Shown one piece after another: positions 8,299 through 14,674 of a stretch of DNA of 15,500 nucleotides. Location: assembly GCA_964247135.1 (NCBI GenBank), contig CAXTTL010000112.1:1-15500 (forward strand). The letters are read 5' to 3'. The DNA is from an uncultured Deinococcales bacterium. Lineage in GTDB: Bacteria; Deinococcota; Deinococci; Deinococcales; JAAFIG01. The notes beneath the pieces were generated by a model that worked only from the letters and a program-made list of their open reading frames with translations, had not been told where the DNA came from and ran no database searches. Every line of letters begins with the position of its first letter. Position 1 is the first letter of the stretch. Both the position numbers and the translations under genes were made by a program.

Positions 8299-8760
8299 TC
8301 AATTTGAAAAGTGGTTTCCAACGTCTTCAAACGTCGGACCGGGTGTCACCAATGTGTCTGGACCGTTTTGGCTTGCCGAACTTGGCGCGTGGATTACAAG
8401 ACCAAAAATGATGTTATTGGCATACATGCCCAAGTATTTTTTGGTTGTCTTGGCGTACCCTGCCACTGCTGGAGCAGCACGGTCGCACCAGGCTTCCATT
8501 TGCACCGAGTCACCGATTTCAAGATCAGGTGATTTGATATTGATTGTGGCGATGTCTCCAGGGCTTGAAATTTGACTTGTTTTCAGCGCAAATGACTTTC
8601 CGCGAACCGTGATGGTGGCTCACAAACCACCAACACAGACGCACGAGCCATCATGTTGAAGTTGAACTTGCAATTCTTGAATTGGCTTGTTGTCACAGGC
8701 ACTCAAGACCAACGTGCCGCAAAATGCAGCAAGCAAAAAGCTTTTATTGGGTTTTTTCAA
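8299..8760 (-). pseudogene. Small lipoprotein (153 codons) interrupted by one in-frame TGA at 8620-8622
   Basis: TTG start at 8760 with RBS AAAGGAG. Signal peptide and lipobox MKKPNKSFLLAAFCGTLVLSA-C. The frame continues ...SCVCVGGL*ATITVRGKSFALKTSQISSPGDIATINIKSPDLEIGDSVQMEAWCDR... into ORF 8299..8505 with no frameshift. Confidence 0.7.
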
Positions 8761-10561
8761 AATAAAACACTCCTTTGGCAAGTCCTTCAATTGTTGCCAT
8801 ATTATATTCGTGGTTGACCATCGGTGTCGTTGGGAAAAAGAAACTACCAGAATGTTGGAAGATACTCGGATCATCAACAGGCGTGATCCACGCCTGTTGT
8901 ACGGCACCCCAGACGATTCGGTACTTGAGAATCGCCGAGTAATGCGGTCCACTTAAGGCATCGGCTTGGGTCGGATAGAGTGCAAGCACCATGTTGTCAC
9001 GCGCACCTACATGTTCGTTGATGATGCTCCCAATCGAATAGCTGTAATCATAAAGCGTGTATGCGCCGTAGAGTGGGATGGCGTTAACCAGTGGTGTGAT
9101 CCACCTTGAACGCATGACAAGTGATGAGCTTCCAGGATTGAGGCTGTAATTGGCTTTTTGATTGGCAAGCCAGCGCTCTCCACCACCTTGGACATCCCAC
9201 GGATTGGTTGCTTCGCCCAGCGCGGTGGTGCTGAAAAAATAAACTGGGTATGGCAGTGTGTAGGCGGCAATCTCGGGTGAACGGTTGGCGTCGAGTTTGA
9301 CCATTCGCTGCGCAAACGAATCCTGTGACCATTTTTTGTAATAGCCAACGACCTTATCGATCCCGGTTGAATAATCTTTTTGCGTTATTGGCAGGCTTGT
9401 ATTGCCCTCATAAATCACGGCGTTGGGGTTGTTGGGGTCAAAAACGCGGTAGTACATTGGCGGGTCATTTCGTGAAGCCATGTTGTAAAAATTGGCGTTG
9501 CGGTAACGCCACCACCACCAAGCCAGTGTCACAAAGCCTTCAGTACCACATGAGAGCAATTTGTAACCGTTGACATTCCAGTCGGAGCTGATGCCATAGT
9601 CACTGGCATATTGTCCGTAGCCGCCACCTGGTACTTTTGAATTTGAGAGTGCTCCGTAGGTGGTAGCGTCGCAGACTTGCCACCACAGAAACCACCAGCA
9701 TTCCGCCCCTGTACCTGTGACCACGCGGGTAGTGGGGTGTGCGGCATTCACCAAAGTACCAGTGTTCACCCCTCGAGCTTGTGTCACTGTAACGGCTTTG
9801 CTGAGATTCAAATTGCCGTCCGAGCGCATGAAGTCACCCATGTTAAGGCTTGCCCCTCGGGTTTTGGTGCTCTGGGGATCAAGCATTTCATCCCATGCTT
9901 TTTCGACTGAATCGTAGAGTTTGGTTTCTTTGCTGAGTGTTGTTCGGGCTTCGTTTTCTTGGGATGTCCACTTTTGAACCTGTTCGGCACTGGCCAGGGT
10001 TGGCGTGTCTCCTACGATCCAAACCTCGCCGTTTTTGGACTCCAGAAAGAGGTCAAATCCCCCCTGGAGGCTAATGATGCGTTTCAAATTTTGGCGTCCA
10101 CCGAATTTGGTGAGCGTATTTTGGAGTTGTGACAACAGGCTGAGGTCGTGGCTAAGGGCATAGGCGACCGTTCGACCGGTCGATGCGCCAGTGATGACGG
10201 TCATGGTTGCGGGATCACTGGAACTGATTTGATCAGGTGTGAGCGCCAACGGGTCTTCGACAGGGAATGCGGTGGTGAAATTAACATAGGTAAATGGACG
10301 TCCATGAAAATCTTCTGTCAGCAACGAACCAATGTGCATGTCCGCACGCGTTCGCACTCCACGTTGGGAGGCTTGCAAGAGGCTGATCGCTTGACCAGCC
10401 ACTTTTGGCACGAGCCTGGCATGATCGAGCGGATCAGGAATTGCTGTCAGGCTGTTTCCGCAACCTGACAGCGAGATGCCGAGTACCGCTAGCCCGAGTC
10501 CAATCAGTGTAGTTCGTGTGTGTCTAATAATTTTTGAACGTGTGAAACGATTTACATTCAT
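8744..10561 (-). CDS. Large lipoprotein (605 aa) with probable C-terminal papain-like (C39/C10-type) cysteine peptidase domain
   Basis: Start moved to ATG 10561 (RBS AAGGAG). Basic N-region, then LIGLGLAVLGISLSG-C lipobox. The C-terminal half has LSCGTEGFVTLAWWW (Cys at a helix start), SGPHYSAILKY (His) and ITPVDDP (Asp) in papain order. CDS and lipoprotein calls are secure; the peptidase call is by eye. Confidence 0.7.
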   Translation of the reverse strand: MNVNRFTRSKIIRHTRTTLIGLGLAVLGISLSGCGNSLTAIPDPLDHARLVPKVAGQAISLLQASQRGVRTRADMHIGSLLTEDFHGRPFTYVNFTTAFPVEDPLALTPDQISSSDPATMTVITGASTGRTVAYALSHDLSLLSQLQNTLTKFGGRQNLKRIISLQGGFDLFLESKNGEVWIVGDTPTLASAEQVQKWTSQENEARTTLSKETKLYDSVEKAWDEMLDPQSTKTRGASLNMGDFMRSDGNLNLSKAVTVTQARGVNTGTLVNAAHPTTRVVTGTGAECWWFLWWQVCDATTYGALSNSKVPGGGYGQYASDYGISSDWNVNGYKLLSCGTEGFVTLAWWWWRYRNANFYNMASRNDPPMYYRVFDPNNPNAVIYEGNTSLPITQKDYSTGIDKVVGYYKKWSQDSFAQRMVKLDANRSPEIAAYTLPYPVYFFSTTALGEATNPWDVQGGGERWLANQKANYSLNPGSSSLVMRSRWITPLVNAIPLYGAYTLYDYSYSIGSIINEHVGARDNMVLALYPTQADALSGPHYSAILKYRIVWGAVQQAWITPVDDPSIFQHSGSFFFPTTPMVNHEYNMATIEGLAKGVFYFEKTQ

Positions 10562-10619
10562 AAAACGACTCCTTCCCCTAAGCGGGTGGTCGTAAGGTAA
10601 CATTGGTCGATCAGTTAAC

Positions 10620-10635
10620 TTGAGGAAAGTTCACT
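10620..10635. repeat. 16-bp direct repeat, copy 1 (TTGAGGAAAGTTCACT)
   Basis: Exact match to 11766-11781; intergenic. Confidence 0.85.
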
Positions 10636-10674
10636 CGAGCAACGAAGTCTTAAGAATTAGCCCTCATGTAAAGC

Positions 10675-10959
10675 TTATCCCCACCGTTCAACTGATTTGG
10701 TGACCATGTGACTTGCTTTGCGCATTTGTTTGAACCTGATGGTTTCGACTTCGCCAATAAAAAACGCCAAGCGTCTGGCTAAACCCTTTTCGATTTTTGC
10801 TTGCTCATCGTTATTTTCCAATCGTTTTTTGGTTTCTTCAACAATTTCATGGGCTAACTCGAGCAATGGATTTTTGGATTCTGGCATAAAAGGTTCAATT
10901 GACTGCGATTTCAAAGTTTTCTGTGTGTCGGATGCTAAAACATTGAATTTGGATTTCAT
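10675..10959 (-). CDS. Hypothetical protein (94 aa, helical)
   Basis: Start moved to ATG 10959 (ATGA overlap with upstream stop, GAGGT RBS); begins MKSKFNVLAS. Confidence 0.6.
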   Translation of the reverse strand: MKSKFNVLASDTQKTLKSQSIEPFMPESKNPLLELAHEIVEETKKRLENNDEQAKIEKGLARRLAFFIGEVETIRFKQMRKASHMVTKSVERWG

Positions 10960-11423
10960 TGCAAAACCTCGCTTACGAGTTGCAATGCTGTCACTCGTGG
11001 GCGAGTTGGAATGCCTTTGAAGGTATTTTCCTCCCAATTGCTTGAGAACGAAAATTCCGCCAAGAGTTTCTCGAGCGTTAACACCCGAAGTTCGGCTTTC
11101 TCACATTTGGCACGCAATCCTCTGTTTTCTGTTTCCAAGTCAAAAATGGTACGTCGCAATAAGGCTGGGTTTTCATCGGGATTGTCATCCGAATTATCGT
11201 CAAAATCAACGATTGACTGGCACTTTTGGCAATCAGCACTGACTCCGAATTGAAAGTCTTTTGATTGTAGCTTGCTGTTTTCAATTTGCTCCAGAATTAA
11301 CCCCTGTGCGGTGTAATGCTCGAGTTTTTTAGTATTTTCAGTGGGGATCACACCAACCAAAATACTCGTGCCACAATCGGGGCATTTGATGTTGTTGACC
11401 AAGAGATTTGGTTCTCTGTACAT
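10956..11423 (-). CDS. Zinc-ribbon (CPDC...CQKC) + coiled-coil hypothetical protein (155 aa)
   Basis: ATG 11423 with AAAGGAAG RBS; two CxxC pairs, an acidic linker, then the heptad-like IFDLETENRGLRAKCEKAELRVLTLEKLL. Confidence 0.65.
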   Translation of the reverse strand: MYREPNLLVNNIKCPDCGTSILVGVIPTENTKKLEHYTAQGLILEQIENSKLQSKDFQFGVSADCQKCQSIVDFDDNSDDNPDENPALLRRTIFDLETENRGLRAKCEKAELRVLTLEKLLAEFSFSSNWEENTFKGIPTRPRVTALQLVSEVLQ

Positions 11424-11450
11424 TTTGCGAACTTCCTTTCGATTTGAAGC

Positions 11451-11484
11451 AAAAGTGGTTGTTCTCAAGATTGAGAACAACCAC
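11451..11484 (-). terminator. 14-bp perfect inverted repeat + T run (terminator-like hairpin or palindromic operator)
   Basis: GTGGTTGTTCTCAA (11455-11468)-GA-TTGAGAACAACCAC (11471-11484), followed by TTTT on the minus strand. Confidence 0.6.
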
Positions 11485-11485
11485 A

Positions 11486-11502
11486 CAAGCCCGAGGGGCT
11501 TG
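11486..11502. repeat. 7-bp GC-rich hairpin directly after the 51-aa ORF stop
   Basis: CAAGCCC-gag-GGGCTTG. Confidence 0.7.
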
Positions 11503-11505
11503 ACG

Positions 11506-11661
11506 CTATCCGTACAACAGACGTTGGATTTCTTGATCGGTCACAGTGGTATCAATCTGAGCATTTTGGGCATGAATTTGGGTTGTGAACGATTCAACTT
11601 GAGACTCGAGTACCTGATGCCAGCTTGATTGACCGCAGTACCATACTTTTAACCAGACCAT
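11506..11661 (-). CDS. Small hypothetical protein (51 aa)
   Basis: ATG 11661 with RBS AAAGGAG 4 nt upstream; MVWLKVWYCGQSSWHQVLESQVESF... Confidence 0.6.
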   Translation of the reverse strand: MVWLKVWYCGQSSWHQVLESQVESFTTQIHAQNAQIDTTVTDQEIQRLLYG

Positions 11662-11765
11662 AAAACTCCTTTGCCAGTTGTATTGATCGCAGCCAGCGAT
11701 CTGAACCGAGATTCGCGAGTTCAAACACTGGTCTGGTTGATGTTAATTGGTGCTCGAGTTTCGAG

Positions 11766-11781
11766 TTGAGGAAAGTTCACT
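11766..11781. repeat. 16-bp direct repeat, copy 2
   Basis: Exact match to 10620-10635; intergenic. Confidence 0.85.
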
Positions 11782-11787
11782 TTAAGT

Positions 11788-12588
11788 TTAGGTTGCTATG
11801 CTTAGATTTTTTTTTCGATTCCAATCCATACCATCAAAAACATAGGTTTGACCACCGATTTGTTTTTCATCACCTTGAAACAATTTACGTTGACGCCATG
11901 CTTTTTCTTCAGCAGGTGTTGCTCGGTAACTGCCCGCCAAGGTTGGCATTGCAAACGACACTCGAGCCAAGTGAATGAAGTAGTTAAATTCGGTGATTGA
12001 AAGGTCAAAAAAATTCTTTTCTTCATTGATGACTGCGTGTTTGAGCACGCCTGTATTGTTGTAGTACAAATACGGACTTCGCTTTTCATTGACGAGCATT
12101 TCAACAAATTCACTTTGATGCAAGGTCGTGCCTTGGTATTTAATCAGTCGTGTCAGGTGTTTGGCGATCTTGCCTCGAGTCATTGGTGTCATGTCTTTTA
12201 AGTATTCGTCAAGTTTTGGATTGCCAGTGCTTAATTCTGGTTTTAGGGGTTTATTCCTTTTTGCTACCAATGGTGCAGGAATGGCATTCCCTGACCAGTT
12301 GGACAAGCACTCAGCAATTTCTTTATCTTTTCGCGGCAACGTGACGCCCGTTTCCCGTTCGAACGCTGCTCGAGTTACTTTGTTTCCGACGTGAAGCATT
12401 CCGCCTAGGGTTGCGTTGTCCTTGGTATCAATTGCTGCGATTATTTTTTCGGCAAGCGGGAGATTTTTGCCAGGGAAAGCCGAGATTTTATCTATTTCAG
12501 CGGCAAGCGTTTCGATTCGAGGATCAAGTATGAGCTTCTCGGCAAACTTTTCACCGAGCACTTCTTTTTGCATGTTTGTCAGTTCCAT
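11788..12588 (-). CDS. Hypothetical protein (266 aa)
   Basis: ATG 12588 in a TGATG overlap with the upstream stop; RBS AAAGGAG; long ORF in an AT-rich region. Confidence 0.8.
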   Translation of the reverse strand: MELTNMQKEVLGEKFAEKLILDPRIETLAAEIDKISAFPGKNLPLAEKIIAAIDTKDNATLGGMLHVGNKVTRAAFERETGVTLPRKDKEIAECLSNWSGNAIPAPLVAKRNKPLKPELSTGNPKLDEYLKDMTPMTRGKIAKHLTRLIKYQGTTLHQSEFVEMLVNEKRSPYLYYNNTGVLKHAVINEEKNFFDLSITEFNYFIHLARVSFAMPTLAGSYRATPAEEKAWRQRKLFQGDEKQIGGQTYVFDGMDWNRKKNLSIAT

Positions 12589-12821
12589 CAAAATACTCCT
12601 TTCGATCTAAAAAATTCGTTTTCGTGTGCCCAAGAACCCTCAAAAGGCGCGTTGGTGTACGGTAAATCTTTGGCTTTTCGCGCCCTAACGTATTTGGCAT
12701 GGGCAAGCTTGGCGGCGGCGACAACGGCGTTAAATTCTGCCATGTGAGGTGCTCGAGCGGCTTTCATGCGTGCCAGAAATTCTGCATCACTTTCTGTTTT
12801 GGATCTCGATAAAACGCTCAA
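12588..12821 (-). CDS. Hypothetical basic, Ala-rich protein (about 77 aa)
   Basis: Probable TTG start at 12821 after AAAGGCGG; fills the gap between coupled neighbours. Start uncertain. Confidence 0.55.
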   Translation of the reverse strand: MSVLSRSKTESDAEFLARMKAARAPHMAEFNAVVAAAKLAHAKYVRARKAKDLPYTNAPFEGSWAHENEFFRSKGVF

Positions 12822-12843
12822 ACGTCTACCGCCTTTCGTTTGG

Positions 12844-14037
12844 TCAATCAACAAGCCGCAATACCGTTCCAAATGGGAACCTGTCATCATCCGCACCACC
12901 GGCAATCACCACCCAGACGGTTTCAAATTCTGTTTCCTGGGGAAACGTGCCGTACCCATCGGTGAGGTAAATGACAATTCGTTCACCGAAGGGGTCAAAG
13001 TTGTCTTGCTCGCGCTCGAGCATGTCAAAGAATGGACAAAAGTTTGTGCCACCGCCACCTTTGGGCGGCTCGAGACTTTCCCAGTTTTCAAACGGGTACG
13101 GTCCGTACACGGCGGCATCGGCGTAACTGATGCGGGCTTTGACCTCTGGGTAACTTTGCAAGATGCCTTGAATTTCACTGAGCATCGTGTTCATGTGCTC
13201 ATCGCTGATGCTGCCGCTGGTGTCGATGCAAATATCGACGGTGACGCTGATGCCGTCCAGCGCATCGATGTACATTCCTCGAGAGAAAAAGCGGCGATCA
13301 AAGCCGACGAAATCCACCGGGCGGCGCGAAACAAGTCGTGCCAGAGCGTCGCGCCAAGGAATTTGTGGTTCAGTGAGCAGCCCGAATTCCCTTAACAGAC
13401 CTGCTGGCATGGTGCCTTGGGTTTTGGATTGCTGGGCGACGACTTTGGCATTGCCGACAGCGCCTTTCCAGTATTGTTGGAGGTTTTTGGGTCTGCCCCC
13501 TTGACTTGAGCCTTCAGTGTTTTCGTCACCCGATTGACCGTTTTCCGTGCCTGGTGTGCCTGGTGTGCCTGGTGCGGGTCGGTTTCCAGAATCGGCTTGA
13601 TCTGGAGGTTCGAGCAGATCAGGCGGCACCAGTTGATTGTTTTGTTGCTGCTCCAGAATGCAATAAATTTCTTCGACGCTGAGGTGCTCGAGTTCGGGCA
13701 TTCGGATGGCATCGTCTGGCAGTTGGAATTGAGGGTAGCTGGCAATGATGCCGTTGACGACCACATCCGCCGCGACGTTCCAGTTTTCTTTTTTTCGTGC
13801 TCTGCGCCTGATGGTGTGATTGAAGGCGGCGTGCAACAGCAGGTGCAGTATGGTGGCGTCTCGGGTCGATTTTTCAAAGTTTAAAAACGTTCTTGGCTCA
13901 AGGTAGAGCACAAAACCGTCCGTTTGATGGTCTTGTCCTTGTACGATTTTGACGAACAGGCTTAAAACCGCGAAGAACGGCACGTGAAAACGAAGTCTGA
14001 CCAAAGTGCCTTTGATGGCTTGTTCAAAGTCGCTCAA
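12844..14037 (-). CDS. DUF2201-type metallopeptidase-like + VWA domain protein (MoxR partner)
   Basis: N-terminal TDG, HLLLHAAFNH and WNVAADVVVN; low-complexity linker; IPWRDAL; VWA MIDAS motifs IDTSGSI, GGGGTNF and IYLTDGYG. TTG start overlaps the upstream stop. Confidence 0.9.
   Translation of the reverse strand: MSDFEQAIKGTLVRLRFHVPFFAVLSLFVKIVQGQDHQTDGFVLYLEPRTFLNFEKSTRDATILHLLLHAAFNHTIRRRARKKENWNVAADVVVNGIIASYPQFQLPDDAIRMPELEHLSVEEIYCILEQQQNNQLVPPDLLEPPDQADSGNRPAPGTPGTPGTENGQSGDENTEGSSQGGRPKNLQQYWKGAVGNAKVVAQQSKTQGTMPAGLLREFGLLTEPQIPWRDALARLVSRRPVDFVGFDRRFFSRGMYIDALDGISVTVDICIDTSGSISDEHMNTMLSEIQGILQSYPEVKARISYADAAVYGPYPFENWESLEPPKGGGGTNFCPFFDMLEREQDNFDPFGERIVIYLTDGYGTFPQETEFETVWVVIAGGADDDRFPFGTVLRLVD
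13547..13573. repeat. 9-bp tandem repeat (GTGCCTGGT)x3
   Basis: Encodes PGT PGT PGT in the low-complexity linker of the VWA protein. Confidence 0.85.
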
Positions 14038-14402
14038 GGTTGTCCCCCGATTAAAGTTTTGGTGCGGAGCGTTCCGTACCTGAGTTTGAATGCGCCACCA
14101 ATTTTGGCAATGCCTCGAATTTCACGCCAGTGTTCAATCAGCTTGCCATTGACCTCGCGCAATTTCACATGCCGCAGCGGATTGGGCAAGCCCAGGGCGT
14201 TGTGGTGTTGTTGCTCGAGTTGGTCGATGCGAGTGGTGTGTTCTTTGATTTTGAGGGCATCCAGGTTGGCTTCCATGGCAAGGATCATTTCCAAGTAATC
14301 GGCATCGGCTCGGGCACGTTCAAAAATTCCCTTCCAGCGTGGATCGTCGGGTTCGGCTTGTCTTGGCTTGACTGGCGAGATCGGCACAGTTAATTTAGGC
14401 AT
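14034..14402 (-). CDS. Hypothetical protein (122 aa)
   Basis: Overlaps both neighbours (13 nt and 4 nt) in the AAA-VWA operon. Confidence 0.7.
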   Translation of the reverse strand: MPKLTVPISPVKPRQAEPDDPRWKGIFERARADADYLEMILAMEANLDALKIKEHTTRIDQLEQQHHNALGLPNPLRHVKLREVNGKLIEHWREIRGIAKIGGAFKLRYGTLRTKTLIGGQP

Positions 14403-14674
14403 TTTGACCCCGTTTTGACGTCTGGCATGGTGTAAACCCGAGACTCACCGATATTTTGTTTTGGGTCATTCTCGAGATCGCTGAGGAAGGTTTCGGGCAA
14501 TGAAATTCGCAACGTTTCCAAGGTTGCTTTCAACTGTTCAAAGCCGATTGCCCACAAATTCAGTTTGAGGTCATAGGATTTGCGGATTGGATTCCACTCG
14601 CCGACCACAAAAGTCATCGACTCGTTTTGACGGACTGAAAACAGGCGTTGGCTCGACTGATCTTCCTCGTTCAT
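14390..14674 (-). CDS. Hypothetical protein (94 aa)
   Basis: ATGA overlap with the ATPase stop; GAGGAG RBS. Confidence 0.7.
   Translation of the reverse strand: MNEEDQSSQRLFSVRQNESMTFVVGEWNPIRKSYDLKLNLWAIGFEQLKATLETLRISLPETFLSDLENDPKQNIGESRVYTMPDVKTGSKCLN

Noticed and set aside
8587-8622. Selenocysteine codon with SECIS as a firm call
   Set aside because: The hairpin is weak and G-U rich, the TGA is not in a redox motif, and CGA>TGA is simpler; kept only as an alternative.
8761-8952. N-terminal part of ORF 8620..8952
   Set aside because: Overlaps the large lipoprotein out of frame; the RBS and signal peptide point to TTG 8760 as the start.
11765-11778. LexA-type box (GTTC-N7-GTTC or GAAC-N4-GTTC)
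   Set aside because: The sequence is GTTG-N6-GTTC; spacing and sequence do not fit.
13547-13573. 9-bp tandem repeat as a phase-variation switch
   Set aside because: The unit is a multiple of 3 and lies in a low-complexity linker.
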